Positions 1 to 10,790 of a DNA stretch of 64,000 bases are shown piece by piece. Within the stretch, counting starts at the first letter, position 1. Each line of letters opens with the position of its first letter. The notes beneath the pieces are model-generated. The model saw only the letters and a program-made list of their open reading frames with translations. It did no database searches and was not told the origin of the DNA. A program made the position numbers and the translations under genes. Source of the stretch: an uncultured archaeon. Lineage in GTDB: Archaea > Aenigmatarchaeota > Aenigmatarchaeia > GW2011-AR5. The DNA lies in NCBI GenBank assembly GCA_964373695.1, contig CAYJVT010000001.1, positions 37,773 to 101,772 on the forward strand. The letters run 5' to 3'.

Positions 1-775
1 AAACGGCCGCCTGATAGAGTCCAACTTCGTATAGCGACCTGAAATACGTGAGTATCATTGTGTCGGCAGAGCCTATGAGAAAAGTCGATATGCTCCCCAG
101 AAAAACGAAGGAGCCGAATATTATGACATTCTTTTCCGAACCCATGAGTGCCTTCCCCTTCCCAAGACCCCTCACATGCTTTGCAACATAAAGCGCCATC
201 ATAACCTGTATCATCATTGACGCCGCGAAATAGCTCACGGCAACGCCGATGAGCGTGGCGTCGCCTGATGCCAATATGAAGGAGAAAATGACGGCTATTC
301 TTATCGCTTCTATGAGCGAGAATGCAAGTATTTTCTGGAATCCCTGGAGGAGCATTTTAAGGAACGATACTGCAAGCACCAGCTCGACTGAAAAAAGCTT
401 TATCAGGAAGGATGCCTTCTCCGAGTGGAAGAAAGATAATGCTATGTAGTCGGACATCATGAAAGTTGCGAGCCCTATCACAGCCCCTATTGACAGCTGA
501 AGCAGGAATGATGACTTTATGGCTCTTCCGATGGAAGCATAGGCTCCCTTTACCATGAACTCTGGTATGTATTTTACCAGAGCCGAGCCGAGCCCGAAAT
601 CCTTTATCACGAAAAACAGCGAGAAAAAGGTCAGTATGGAATAAAAGAGGCCGAAATCATCGACAGGGAGGCTCCTTGCAACAAATATCCTGAGAAGATA
701 TCCCATCCCGGTTCCAAGTATGGACAGTACAAAAGCAATTGAAGCGCCTTTTATTATCCTGTTGGCGTAGCCCAT
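1..775 (-). CDS. Wzx/MATE-like oligosaccharide flippase (3' end runs off the window)
   Basis: Not in the ORF track because it has no stop in the window. Manual translation from the ATG at 775 gives MGYANRIIKGASIAFVLSILGTGMGYLLRIFVARSLPVDDFGLFYSILTFF...DFGLGSALVKYIPE...DTMILTYFRSLYEVGLYQAA, the typical Wzx pattern. Confidence 0.88.
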   Translation of the reverse strand, partial: MGYANRIIKGASIAFVLSILGTGMGYLLRIFVARSLPVDDFGLFYSILTFFSLFFVIKDFGLGSALVKYIPEFMVKGAYASIGRAIKSSFLLQLSIGAVIGLATFMMSDYIALSFFHSEKASFLIKLFSVELVLAVSFLKMLLQGFQKILAFSLIEAIRIAVIFSFILASGDATLIGVAVSYFAASMMIQVMMALYVAKHVRGLGKGKALMGSEKNVIIFGSFVFLGSISTFLIGSADTMILTYFRSLYEVGLYQAAV

Positions 776-835
776 TGGTGATATTTCAATAAGACCCTTT
801 TAAAAGTGAAATTATCTTTAGATTTTTGTTCTAAG

Positions 836-2593
836 TTATTTCTTTTCTATCACGTAATTCCCCATTGCAAGGTACCTGAGGCCGCTTCTCTCAAGGGTGC
901 TGAAAGCGTCGTGCGGCGTGCATACGATGGGCTCGCCGTGCAGGTTGAATGAGGTGTTCAGTATGCCGCCGTGACCCGTCTCCTTCTTGAAGGTTTTTAT
1001 CAGTGCATGGTAGCGGGGATTCCATTCCCTGTCAACCACCTGCGGTCTTGCGGTGAAGTCTGACTGGTGCAGGGCAGCGCGCAACGCGTCCCTGCCGAGA
1101 GGCGTCGTATTGAAGGACAGTATCATATACTGGTCATTGGCGGACTTTCTGGGCATCTCAAGGAGCTTCCTCGCGTCCTCCCTCATTATGGAAGGCGCGA
1201 AAGGCATCCAGAAATCGCGCTGCTTTATCTGGGAGTTTATCTCAGTTATTGCGCGCATGTCCCGCGGGTCCGCTAGTATGCTTCTGTTGCCGAGGGAGCG
1301 GGCGCCGAACTCCATCCTGCCGCTAAGGCGGGCAACTATTCGCCCTTCTGACAGCATCTCGCCGACAGCCTTGTCTATGTCCCTGTGGCTCTCTATCCTG
1401 TACTTCTTCCTGTCTATCCCCTTCACGAATTCATCTATTTTGTCGTCGTAGGAGGGTCCTAAATATATGTCCTTTATCTCTTCGAATATTGGTTTGGAGC
1501 CGTCTTCCTTGCACAAGTCCGCGTATCCAAGCATCGCGGCTCCGATGCAGCTGCTCTCGTCTCCGCCCGAAGGCATCGCGAAAATGCTGCCGACCTCAGG
1601 CATCTCCATAAGGCGCTGGTTGCATTTGACGTTCATGAAGAACCCGCCGCATACCATTATATCGTCTATTCCGTAGCGGCTTATGCAGTTCCTGACCCAT
1701 CCAGCCGTCACTTTTTCGGCCATGTTCTGCAACGCATATGCGACGGCGTCGAATCTGTGCTTGTGCAGGCTGTCCCTGAGGTAGAGGCCGTATGAATGCG
1801 CCCACCTCTTCGTCCTGTTCCTGAATTTGACCCCTCTGACATCAGCCATGCGCTCGAACACATCGACGGATTTCCTGGCGTAATGTTCTGATGAATATGG
1901 AGCAAGGCCCATAACCTTGTACTCATGCTCCCATGGCTTCATCCCAAGGTACCATGTCACCTCGTTGTACATCTTCGCTATGGAATGTACGAAGGGTATC
2001 GAAACCGTGCGGTGGATGTCTCCGTTCTCCGCTATGCTGACCGTTGCGCACAGGCCGTCGCCCTCTCCGTCGGATGTGAATACAAGCCTCCTGCCCTTTG
2101 GCGTGCCCTTGAAATAATAAGCGGTCGCCGCATGGACCTTGTGATGCTCATACATGACTATCGGCGCGGTTATCCCGATCTGCCTGAGGGCTTTCATGTA
2201 CGCAGGGAGGAATTTTCTTGTCTTGTAGAAGCGCCTGAACCTCGTCGCGGCCGGGCACAATATGCTCTCCGTCACTTTCATGGGAAATATCCTCGCAGCA
2301 TGGGAGAACGCGACTATGGATTTCCTTTTCTCCTTCCTCATCTTCGCTATCTCGTTCAGGTCGGCGGGGGTTATATCCTTCGAGCTGAAGGCGACGAGGT
2401 TTATCTGTTCGCCGTTTATTCCCTCATCGGACATCATTTTTTGTATGGAATTTATGGGAAACCTGTGGTCGTTCTTTATCCTCGTCAGCCTCTCCTCTAT
2501 TATGCAGGAAACTGTGCGCCCGTTTACCATGATACACGCTGAAGAGGGGTGGCTGTCATTGATTCCAAGAACTATCCTGTCTGTCATTTTCAT
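836..2593 (-). CDS. O-carbamoyltransferase, NodU/CmcH/TobZ family
   Basis: 585 aa with EERLTRIK, metal-binding EHHKVHAATAY, DGEGD, EYKVMGLAPY, GRMEFGARSLGNRSILADPR, FWMPFAPS and LNTSFNLHGEPIV. Confidence 0.93.
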   Translation of the reverse strand: MKMTDRIVLGINDSHPSSACIMVNGRTVSCIIEERLTRIKNDHRFPINSIQKMMSDEGINGEQINLVAFSSKDITPADLNEIAKMRKEKRKSIVAFSHAARIFPMKVTESILCPAATRFRRFYKTRKFLPAYMKALRQIGITAPIVMYEHHKVHAATAYYFKGTPKGRRLVFTSDGEGDGLCATVSIAENGDIHRTVSIPFVHSIAKMYNEVTWYLGMKPWEHEYKVMGLAPYSSEHYARKSVDVFERMADVRGVKFRNRTKRWAHSYGLYLRDSLHKHRFDAVAYALQNMAEKVTAGWVRNCISRYGIDDIMVCGGFFMNVKCNQRLMEMPEVGSIFAMPSGGDESSCIGAAMLGYADLCKEDGSKPIFEEIKDIYLGPSYDDKIDEFVKGIDRKKYRIESHRDIDKAVGEMLSEGRIVARLSGRMEFGARSLGNRSILADPRDMRAITEINSQIKQRDFWMPFAPSIMREDARKLLEMPRKSANDQYMILSFNTTPLGRDALRAALHQSDFTARPQVVDREWNPRYHALIKTFKKETGHGGILNTSFNLHGEPIVCTPHDAFSTLERSGLRYLAMGNYVIEKK

Positions 2594-2685
2594 AATCTTT
2601 GTGAAAGCCTTTTTAAAAACTGATTTTGATATTCAAAATAATGTCCTAATGTAGTATTTTAAACGTGTAACCCATATGCAGTTCA

Positions 2686-4374
2686 ATGAAAAAATACGCG
2701 CTGGCGGCGGCGCTTTGCCTCCTGATTGCCTCGATGGTGCAGTATGCCCTCTTCTTCGGGCTCCATCCCGAAGGTCTGGTATTCAACTCGCTTGGCGAGG
2801 ACGAGGCCCTGTTCGTCACTGCCATAAAGCTGTCTGAGTTCGGCTACGAAAGCCCGTGGACCTTGGAAAGCGACGGCGTTGTCAGGCTTGCGTTCCTGAA
2901 CCCGGCTAACGGCCCGGTTTTCATGCTGTTCCCTATATCCGTTTTTTACGCCGCTTCCGGCATAAGTGCCTTGGGGCTATTTGCGCTCTTCAAGCTCTTT
3001 TCGGCGGCGTTGATGCTCGCAGCCATATACCTGCTTGTCAGGCATTTCGATTTCAAATCAAGGTATAGGATTTTTATCCTACTCGTGCTTTCTGCAGGGT
3101 TCGGCGGATTAATCCATCTCGTGTCATCCTTCTTTTACCCGGACCGCCTTCTGTACCCACAGTCGCTTTTCGGATTCGGCGTCAGCATCTTCCGCTTTGT
3201 GGAATCCTATCAGGCGTTCTCGCTTGCCCTGGGGCTCATGTCCCTGTTATTTTTCGTGAAAAAAAGGATTCTTCTATCGTCAGCGTTCCTCGGATTTACG
3301 GTTCTCGTGTATCCTTTTCACGGCATATCGTTCTTCATAGTAATGGCCATTTATTGCCGCGTCTTTTCGCTTGGAGCGTCTCATATATCAAAGGTGTTCG
3401 CGGCCCTGCTGGCCTTTTCGTCTGTATGGGCATTTTCATACTTTTTCCAGCCGGTTCTGTTTGACAACTATGCAAATGCGGTAGGCACGGTGAGCGTCAA
3501 CGTCCTGCCTTCCGTTCTCCTGGGACTGGGGCCTCTGTTCATATTTCTCCTGTACGACATGAAGAAAAGGTTTCCGTTTGTTTCTGAAAGGAGGCATTTG
3601 GCGTTCTTTCTTGCATCCTTCGCGCTCATGTCGTACTACCAGATATCAAGCTCGGTGTGGGCGCCGCCTCTTCCCTCTAATCCACTGTTCGTCATTTTCA
3701 GCGTGCCATTCCTCGCCTTTCTTGGATATCTTGCAAAGAAGATGCTGGAAAGCGGGCATGAAAAGCGCATTGTTTTCATGTATGCGTGGTTCGTTGTATT
3801 CCTCTTCATTGTGGTGTTTCCAGTCAAGATATTCTCGGTTCTGCCGCCGAAGGTGACGGTGTTCCTTTATTTTCCGCTTGCTTTCCTGGCTTACGAGGGG
3901 ATGAAGAAATCCGGTAAAGTCTTTATTGCCGTTGTAGCGGTTTCTGCACTGTCAATATTCTTCTTCTATTCGTTCGAGCAGATGGACGCCAGGGATATCT
4001 ACGATAACGGCACCATTAAGGAGCAGAACTTCTTTTACACTGAACCAGACATAAAGGCTCTTGGTTTCCTGAAGGGCATGCCGGCCGGGAATGCGATATC
4101 ATCTCAGGCCATAGGAACTTACCTGCCGTATTATTCAGGGAAGAAATCCCTTCTGTTCGGCACCAACAGGGGCGATATAGTCCTTAATGTGGGCGAAAAG
4201 CTTTCGGATTACAGGAAGTTTTATTCGTCTCCGGACAGAAGCGTTCTTGAAAAGTACGGCATCAGGTACGTGTTTTACGGGACTTTTGAAAAACGCCTGG
4301 GAGATTTAGGAAGCCCCGATTATCTCAGAAAGGTGTACAGCGACGGCACCGAGATATACGAATTCATCCCATGA
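2686..4374 (+). CDS. Polytopic membrane protein, probable GT-C-fold glycosyltransferase
   Basis: About 12 hydrophobic segments, an acidic first external loop (EDEALF), and a C-terminal soluble domain (DIKALGFLK...GTYLPYYSGKK...KYGIRYVFYG) like the external domains of AglB-like/GT-C proteins. Confidence 0.6.
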   Translation: MKKYALAAALCLLIASMVQYALFFGLHPEGLVFNSLGEDEALFVTAIKLSEFGYESPWTLESDGVVRLAFLNPANGPVFMLFPISVFYAASGISALGLFALFKLFSAALMLAAIYLLVRHFDFKSRYRIFILLVLSAGFGGLIHLVSSFFYPDRLLYPQSLFGFGVSIFRFVESYQAFSLALGLMSLLFFVKKRILLSSAFLGFTVLVYPFHGISFFIVMAIYCRVFSLGASHISKVFAALLAFSSVWAFSYFFQPVLFDNYANAVGTVSVNVLPSVLLGLGPLFIFLLYDMKKRFPFVSERRHLAFFLASFALMSYYQISSSVWAPPLPSNPLFVIFSVPFLAFLGYLAKKMLESGHEKRIVFMYAWFVVFLFIVVFPVKIFSVLPPKVTVFLYFPLAFLAYEGMKKSGKVFIAVVAVSALSIFFFYSFEQMDARDIYDNGTIKEQNFFYTEPDIKALGFLKGMPAGNAISSQAIGTYLPYYSGKKSLLFGTNRGDIVLNVGEKLSDYRKFYSSPDRSVLEKYGIRYVFYGTFEKRLGDLGSPDYLRKVYSDGTEIYEFIP

Positions 4375-5089
4375 GCCTGATGGCCATGAGCCTTAGCGCC
4401 ATGCGCGGGCCGGACTTTATCCTGAAAGTGGAGAATTCGCTGTGGGACCACTTTACAGGGAATTCTATTATGTTTCCTCCGCTCTTTTTTATTCTCCACA
4501 GCATCTCGGCGTCGAACTCGAATCCGCCGGATTTCATGCTGGCCAGGCATGATAACATTTTCCTCGTCATGACCTTGGCGCCGCATTGGGTGTCCGTAAT
4601 CCCTAGGCCGAAGAGAATGTTGACGTAATGGCTGAAGACATTGCCGAGAAGCCGCCTGTAGGCCGGCTGTTTTTTCGTCACGAATGATTTTTCCATGTTG
4701 CGGGAGCCTATTACAATGCAGTCCGCGCTTTTCCGGCAAGTCTCCATCATGGAACGGAAATTGCCGGGCCCGACGGAGCCGTCGGCATCCGTAAAGCCTA
4801 TTATATCTCCGCTGGCATGCCTTAGCCCTTCCATCACCGCCCTTCCCTTTCCGAGCCGGTTTCCGGACTCGATGATTCTCACGTCCTTATGAGCCTTCAT
4901 GAAGCTTTTCGTGATGGAAGCCGTCGTGTCGCTTCCGTCGCATACCACTATAATCTCAAACTTCATCCCTGACTTCTTGAAGTGCCTGAAATAAGACTCC
5001 AGCGTTCCTTCTATCCTCTTCTCCTCGTTGTAGGCCGGTATCACGATGGAATACGAATTCTTCATGGCATCATCTTCTGTAAACGTCAA
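4364..5089 (-). CDS. GT2 polyprenol-phosphate glycosyltransferase (Dol-P-Glc/ALG5-like)
   Basis: SIVIPAYNEEKRI, CDGSDTT, NRLGKGRAV, FTDADGS, DTQCGAK, GFEFDAEML, FPVKW. Confidence 0.9.
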   Translation of the reverse strand: MTFTEDDAMKNSYSIVIPAYNEEKRIEGTLESYFRHFKKSGMKFEIIVVCDGSDTTASITKSFMKAHKDVRIIESGNRLGKGRAVMEGLRHASGDIIGFTDADGSVGPGNFRSMMETCRKSADCIVIGSRNMEKSFVTKKQPAYRRLLGNVFSHYVNILFGLGITDTQCGAKVMTRKMLSCLASMKSGGFEFDAEMLWRIKKSGGNIIEFPVKWSHSEFSTFRIKSGPRMALRLMAIRLMG

Positions 5090-6803
5090 ACTTTCCGTTC
5101 CCCCACACTTTGTCGCCCGAAGCCGCCGCTCCGGCGCTTCTTTCGTAGGGGCCTATAAGTACGTAGTCTGCTCTGTATTTTTCCCGGTTGGCTGCGTCCT
5201 CCAAATACCTCCTGTAGTTTTCCAGTATGTCAGCTTTCTTGGATTCGGGTATTCCGCTTCCGTACTCGAGGGAAAAGAGGTAGAGGTCCCAGAATGCTAT
5301 TTCGAAGGACGATTTATTGAACGTATTGGTTCTGTGGTCTATTATATAGGAATTTCTTGTCTCTTCGTTGTTTATCATTCCACTGACATGGGATTCGTTG
5401 ATGCCCAGCATCGAGTATGATATGTAGAATCTCTCCCATATCTCATCCGTCGTTGCAAGGGAATACGGGCCGTAAGGAAGGTATACGTTGTTATGGGTGT
5501 AGAGCGGTATGAGATAGCTCTGCTCCGTGCTCAACGTCAGCACGACATCGTCCTTTTCCGTATTTTCATCGAGCCACTCGTAGAGCTCTTTGTCGCTGTC
5601 GTCTATGGCGTAGAGGCTGTGCTTTTTGTCGGCAAATGAATACTGCGAGTAGAATCCTATCGAGAAGAGAAATATGAACAGAATAGCGCCTATCTTCCTC
5701 ATATCAAAGCGCTTTTCCGCGGCCTGCCACAGCGCGTAAATCATCATGATGGAGGCGAATGGCGCCATTGCAAACTCGTAGTGGCTTTTCTGTATCGAGA
5801 ATCCCGTGATTATCTGGGAGTTCATGAGGAAAATTCCGGAAATTATTATGGAGCCCATGAGGAGGGAAAAATAGTCTTTTTTTGAAAACGCGTAGAAAAT
5901 GGCGATGATAACCGCATATTTTGCCGTCTCTGCTATAGGAAGAGGGGACGAATAAGTTTTTCCGTTCCTTGTCGATATGTCCTCCAGAAAGCTCTTGTCG
6001 AAGGACGTATAGGACAACCAGAAAGGCAGCGAAACCGCGGCGAATACCGCGAGTATGATAACAACGTGCTTCAGAATCCCGGGATTTTTCTTTGCCGCAA
6101 AATAGATGGTATGGAGCGCGAGAACGCCTGCGAATATCGTCCAGTAGAAAAAATACGTATAGAACAGGAGTCCTGAAACGAGCCCGCATAGGATAGAATA
6201 AAATGCCTTTCTTTTTTTCATGGAAATGTAGAGGAGGAATACGGAAATGGCGAGAAAGATGAAAGTCATCTGTATGTGCGGTATCCTGCCGAAATAATTA
6301 AGAGGCCCGGATGCGTCCAGTATGTTTGTCGCGTGATAGGATATGTTGCGCAATGTGACAGGCGGCGTCACAATATAATCAAAGGCTATCAGCATGAAAA
6401 CCGGCGCCAGGATGCTCAGATGAAGGTTTCCGGTCTGCCTGTAGATGAGCATGTAGATTATGAGAAATATTATGACTGGGAAGATGAAATTGCCGGCCGC
6501 GAAGGCGCCGGAAACCGAGCCTGAAAGAAGCGACATCGCTGCCAGTAGAGCCGTCGGAACGAGCGGCACGAAGGGGTTTATTTTGCCCTTGTATTCGTAA
6601 ACGGTCGGGTCTCCTGGTATGTTGCCCTCGTAAAAATCCCTCGCAAGGGATGCGTACGTAGTCTGGTCCCTGGAATACGCAAAAACGCCGTTGACGGCAA
6701 GCTGTGTGTAGCTGTCATCCCCTCTGAAGAGGGGCATCAGGATATTGGCTGTGGAAAAATAGATGCCGCAAAGAAGCGCCGCGGCCAGCACTATCTTTTT
6801 CAT
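5070..6803 (-). CDS. Polytopic membrane protein, probable GT-C fold; paralog of 41261..43093
   Basis: Multiple TM segments. Shares RDQTTYA..RD..EG...DP..YE.K, YFGRIPHIQMTF, YFFYWT and WLDENTEKDDVV...EQSYLIPLYTHNNVY with the 41261 ORF. Confidence 0.65.
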   Translation of the reverse strand: MKKIVLAAALLCGIYFSTANILMPLFRGDDSYTQLAVNGVFAYSRDQTTYASLARDFYEGNIPGDPTVYEYKGKINPFVPLVPTALLAAMSLLSGSVSGAFAAGNFIFPVIIFLIIYMLIYRQTGNLHLSILAPVFMLIAFDYIVTPPVTLRNISYHATNILDASGPLNYFGRIPHIQMTFIFLAISVFLLYISMKKRKAFYSILCGLVSGLLFYTYFFYWTIFAGVLALHTIYFAAKKNPGILKHVVIILAVFAAVSLPFWLSYTSFDKSFLEDISTRNGKTYSSPLPIAETAKYAVIIAIFYAFSKKDYFSLLMGSIIISGIFLMNSQIITGFSIQKSHYEFAMAPFASIMMIYALWQAAEKRFDMRKIGAILFIFLFSIGFYSQYSFADKKHSLYAIDDSDKELYEWLDENTEKDDVVLTLSTEQSYLIPLYTHNNVYLPYGPYSLATTDEIWERFYISYSMLGINESHVSGMINNEETRNSYIIDHRTNTFNKSSFEIAFWDLYLFSLEYGSGIPESKKADILENYRRYLEDAANREKYRADYVLIGPYERSAGAAASGDKVWGNGKFDVYRR

Positions 6804-6895
6804 GAGTTTAATGTTGCAATGAGCTTTTTATACTGTGAAGCCGTCTTTGCAATATACTTTTAAATACTATTAAAATTAATAAAAATTCAGGTACC
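6804..6895. promoter_or_regulatory. Divergent archaeal promoter region
   Basis: AT-rich. TATAAAAA on the minus strand about 23-31 nt before the ATG at 6803, and TTTTAAAT/TATTAAAA about 21-38 nt before the ATG at 6896. This spacing fits leaderless or short-leader transcripts. Confidence 0.5.
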
Positions 6896-8359
6896 ATGTC
6901 GGAAATTCTTCTCATCCAGCCAAATATAGGCATACACGATTTCCTAGCCACCAGATTCCCCGACCCTCTGCTCGCAATAGCCTCGGTGCCGCATATGAGG
7001 GGTTACAAGGTCAAGATACTTGACCAGAGGATAGAAAAAAACTTCAAGCATCTTCTGGAGCAGGAAATCGGAAAAAAGCCGCTGTGCATCGCCCTGCCTG
7101 TTATGACTGGCGGCCAGATACTCCGCGCCCTTGAGATATCGAAATTCATCAGAAGCATCGACAAAGACATAAAAATAGTCTGGGGCGGGCCGCATCCGAC
7201 ATTATTCCCTGTCCAGGTCTTGGAAAATGAAAATGTGGACATAATCGTGTCGGGCGAGGGCGAAATAACGTTTTTCGAGCTTGTCGAGGCTCTTTCAAAA
7301 GGCGCTCCTCTTTCAGGCATAAAAGGGATATCGTATAAGGAGGACAGCAGCATAAAAACGAATCCGGAAAGGGAGCTTATCAAAAATCTTGATGAGCTGC
7401 CGCCTATTCCATACGACCTGATAGACGCAAGCAAATATAATCCGACATACATATCAGGAAGGAAAGCCTTCACGCTCCTGACATCGAGGGGATGTCCATA
7501 TCGATGCACGTTCTGCTTCGCTACTGCATACTACAACTTCACATGGCGCGGCTATTCCGTGGACAGGACGATGGAAATGATACATGAAGCTGTCAACAAA
7601 TTCGGCGCGCAGACAATACTGTTCCAGGAAGACAACTTCGCGACCAGCATACCGAGATGCAACGAGATATTTGACAGGATTATAGCGGACGGCCTCGACA
7701 TTACGTTCAGCCTGGTGGGTATACGCGCCACCGATGTCGCAAGGATGGACCTGGACAAGATGTACAAGGCCGGGTGCAGGAACTGCGACATGGGCGTCGA
7801 ATCAGGGGACCCTGAAGTGATGAAAACCATGATAAAGGCCCTGACGCCGGAACTCGTCCTGGACGTGAACAGGAAGATAAGGGATTACGGCATAAAGGTG
7901 AAATATTCCTTCATAGCCGGCCTCCCGATGGAGAAGGACCCGAAGATATCGATAAACTTCGCATTCAAGCTCATAAAGGAGAACAAGAACGCGTATACGC
8001 CGTTCTTCCCCTACACGCCTTTTCCGGGCACTGAAATGTACCATGCCGCGATAGAAAAAGGCTTTGTGCCGCCAACAACGCTCGAAGGCTGGGGCAATTT
8101 TGACCTGGAGCACTGGAGGGACCACTATCCCAGCTGGTACACAGAAGAGGAGAAGCGATGGATAGAGGGCATAGAAAGGATGTCGGTCCTAGGGAACCGC
8201 AACTCGAAATACAAGATATCAAACAAGACTTTCAGGTTTTTCTTCGACCTGTACCACCCGATTGCCAAGTTCAGGTTCATGAGGAACTACTACGGGATGC
8301 CGCTTGACATAAAGATGCAGAACAAGGTCATGAATATGGTAGTCAAGACGCTTGATTAA
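6896..8359 (+). CDS. B12-binding radical SAM protein (class B methyltransferase-like)
   Basis: N-terminal cobalamin-binding Rossmann domain (ILLIQP...WGGPHPT...GEGE), TSRGCPYRCTFC, EDNF, GVESGD, YTPFPGT. Confidence 0.92.
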   Translation: MSEILLIQPNIGIHDFLATRFPDPLLAIASVPHMRGYKVKILDQRIEKNFKHLLEQEIGKKPLCIALPVMTGGQILRALEISKFIRSIDKDIKIVWGGPHPTLFPVQVLENENVDIIVSGEGEITFFELVEALSKGAPLSGIKGISYKEDSSIKTNPERELIKNLDELPPIPYDLIDASKYNPTYISGRKAFTLLTSRGCPYRCTFCFATAYYNFTWRGYSVDRTMEMIHEAVNKFGAQTILFQEDNFATSIPRCNEIFDRIIADGLDITFSLVGIRATDVARMDLDKMYKAGCRNCDMGVESGDPEVMKTMIKALTPELVLDVNRKIRDYGIKVKYSFIAGLPMEKDPKISINFAFKLIKENKNAYTPFFPYTPFPGTEMYHAAIEKGFVPPTTLEGWGNFDLEHWRDHYPSWYTEEEKRWIEGIERMSVLGNRNSKYKISNKTFRFFFDLYHPIAKFRFMRNYYGMPLDIKMQNKVMNMVVKTLD

Positions 8360-10191
8360 TCAATAACAACGAGCTGCTCGTTCACGGATTTTTTTGTCTC
8401 TTCAAGATTCGGATAAAGGCTGAACGCCTCGAACTTGTCTCTCCAGTATTCCGACTCGCTTAGATATTTCTCTACAAGCCGTATTCTTTCAGCCGCCCCG
8501 CCGACGTTGCCGGAATTAAACTCGCATGCGGCAAGCGTCATGTTTGCAAGCGCGTGGCCTGAAGTGACCACATCGCATATGTATCTCATCTGCCTGACGA
8601 TCTTAGACAGCCTATCACGATCTTTTATGTTCATGACCCTCTCGTAATTTATTTTATAATTCATGTAGAACCATATATCCATCAGCTGCTCCGAAGTCGG
8701 CTCCGCATCCAGGTTGCCGCTTTCGAATGGGTTGGCGAATTTTTTCACTTCCTTTTTGTGCTCGACGGTGTTCTGCTTCCCGTGGGGGCCTATCATGAAC
8801 CGCGTTTCATTCGTCTGGAGCTTGTCCTCTATCAGGCCCTCTTTCACCATCGCCTTGTATATCGGGGTAGAGGGCAGAGGCTGCAGTATGTTCAGTGCAT
8901 ACCAGTCCAAGTCCAGCTCAAGTGCAAGGTTCATGGTATCGAGCATCATTCTCAGCGTTTCATGGGGAAAGCCCAGCATGAGGAAGCCGCGGGAGAATAT
9001 CTTGGGATATTTCCTTAGAAGGGCCGCCGCATTCCTGAAATTGTCCACTGTCCCGGGCTTTTTTATGTCCAGAAGTATTTTCGGGTTTCCGGATTCGATG
9101 CCGAAGAAAAGCCCTATGCATCCCGATTCGGCCGTAGCCTCTATTATAGCAGGCTTGCACGCAGCAGCTATGACGCCGTTGGAGGCGTCCCATGTTATGC
9201 CGAGGTTGCGCCTTTTTATCTCCTGGAAAAGCTCTATTGTCCTCTTCTCGTTGAAGAAAAGGTCGTCGTCAAGCCACATTATATGCTTCACGCCGTATTT
9301 CCTGGCAAGGAGTTCTATCTCGTCCGCAACGCTTTCAATGCTTCTCTGCCTGACACCCATGCCATTGAAGCTGCGGACGCTGCAGAACGTGCACATCGCC
9401 CGGCATCCCTTGTTGGAAAGCACGGTCGCGACCCTGGTTCCTGGCTCAAGCAGCGCAGTGAAGGAGCCGATGGTGCCCACGGAAGAATAATTCGATATAT
9501 CGACAAGATCGTACGCCGGTATCCTGTTCAAATCATCCGTCTCCGGTGCCTTCCTTTCCTCCAGCGAATAATATTTGCCGCCTGCAATCACTGACACCTG
9601 ATAAATCTCATCCCCATGACCGTTCGCGGCCTCAAGAAGCTTCTGGAAAGCCACCTCGCTCTCGTAGGAGCATGCTATGAGCCTTTCGTAGTCTATTGAG
9701 CGCAGAACCCTTTCTGTGTCGTTAGACACGTGAACGCCTCCGACAATTATCGGCAGTTCCTTTCCGGCGACCTCGCTGCATACTCGCACAAAGCTGTCGT
9801 GCGTCATCGTGAACATGCATGTTATGCCGACCGCGTCAGGCCTGAATTCGTCAATCTTTCTGGCCAGAAGGCCTTTCCATTCGGCATCGTAATCCATCTT
9901 GCCCCCTGATTCCACGGCCCTCTTTATCACATGATAATTTAGGTCGACAATCTCGGGCTCGTGGCCATTCTCTCGCAAAACGTCGGCGAGAAGCAGCGGG
10001 CCATAAGGCGGATATGTATAACACCTTTTCTGCAATGCGGCCTCAAAGTTGAATTCCTCTGATGCGATGTCCGGCGGGTTGACGAGAAGCACCTTCCTAG
10101 CTTTTTTTCCGCCGAATATCTCGCGTATTCTCGCCAATATTGCCGCCTTCGCCTCCTGTCCCGGCTCGTGCTCTTTCAGAAGCTGCTCCAT
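8356..10191 (-). CDS. B12-binding radical SAM protein
   Basis: VLLVNPP...GGVHVS, SNKGCRAMCTFC, WLDDDL, FGIESG, LQPLPST. Its stop overlaps the convergent gene's stop in a TTAA. Confidence 0.92.
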   Translation of the reverse strand: MEQLLKEHEPGQEAKAAILARIREIFGGKKARKVLLVNPPDIASEEFNFEAALQKRCYTYPPYGPLLLADVLRENGHEPEIVDLNYHVIKRAVESGGKMDYDAEWKGLLARKIDEFRPDAVGITCMFTMTHDSFVRVCSEVAGKELPIIVGGVHVSNDTERVLRSIDYERLIACSYESEVAFQKLLEAANGHGDEIYQVSVIAGGKYYSLEERKAPETDDLNRIPAYDLVDISNYSSVGTIGSFTALLEPGTRVATVLSNKGCRAMCTFCSVRSFNGMGVRQRSIESVADEIELLARKYGVKHIMWLDDDLFFNEKRTIELFQEIKRRNLGITWDASNGVIAAACKPAIIEATAESGCIGLFFGIESGNPKILLDIKKPGTVDNFRNAAALLRKYPKIFSRGFLMLGFPHETLRMMLDTMNLALELDLDWYALNILQPLPSTPIYKAMVKEGLIEDKLQTNETRFMIGPHGKQNTVEHKKEVKKFANPFESGNLDAEPTSEQLMDIWFYMNYKINYERVMNIKDRDRLSKIVRQMRYICDVVTSGHALANMTLAACEFNSGNVGGAAERIRLVEKYLSESEYWRDKFEAFSLYPNLEETKKSVNEQLVVID

Positions 10192-10252
10192 ACAAGAACT
10201 AGCATTTCACAGTTTTTAAAACTTGTAAAAGCAGTTCACGCCCTGCAGGTGG

Positions 10253-10790
10253 CTATGTTGCCTGCAAGACCGAAAGCGATGGAATTATCATTACGCGCTC
10301 GGGATCAACGTTCTTTTCCTCAGGTCCCTTTGTAATCTGGGGCGCAGCAAGATGTCCCTGAATGCGTCACCGACAAGGTATGTTCTTGTCATGAACTCGT
10401 CCTCGCTTATGCCGAAATTTTCTCTCGCCGCCTCCCTGTGCATGACTTTGTCTGGAAATTTCTCGTCAGCGCCGAGCCAGAAATGAAGGTATTTGGCAAT
10501 TTTATGATATGTTACAACTCTGTCAAGATGCTCCTGCGGTATTCCTGTCGAGATGCATGCATGATTTCCGCCTTCTGCCATTCTCCTTAGGCATGCCTCG
10601 GCGTCGTCGTACAGGGGATATATTCTCGAAGTAACTCTTGATACGTATTTTCTTGCCAGTTCTTCCGCCCTTTCAGCCGGAAGACCAAACATTCCCATGA
10701 TTTCCGCATACTGGTGCCCGGCAGGCTTTCCGCCTCCTTCTTTTAAGCTTATCTGCGATATGTGAAAAATGCAAGCTGCAAGGATGGAAG
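10253..10790 (-). pseudogene. Degraded HAD-family hydrolase
   Basis: Has HAD motif II (ISTG) and motif IV (VGDAFRDI), but no motif I DxD: the frame hits a stop at 10792-10794 with no upstream start. A HAD-like tail (...VMIIPSLSVLQAT*) continues in another frame after GDAFRDI. Confidence 0.55.
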
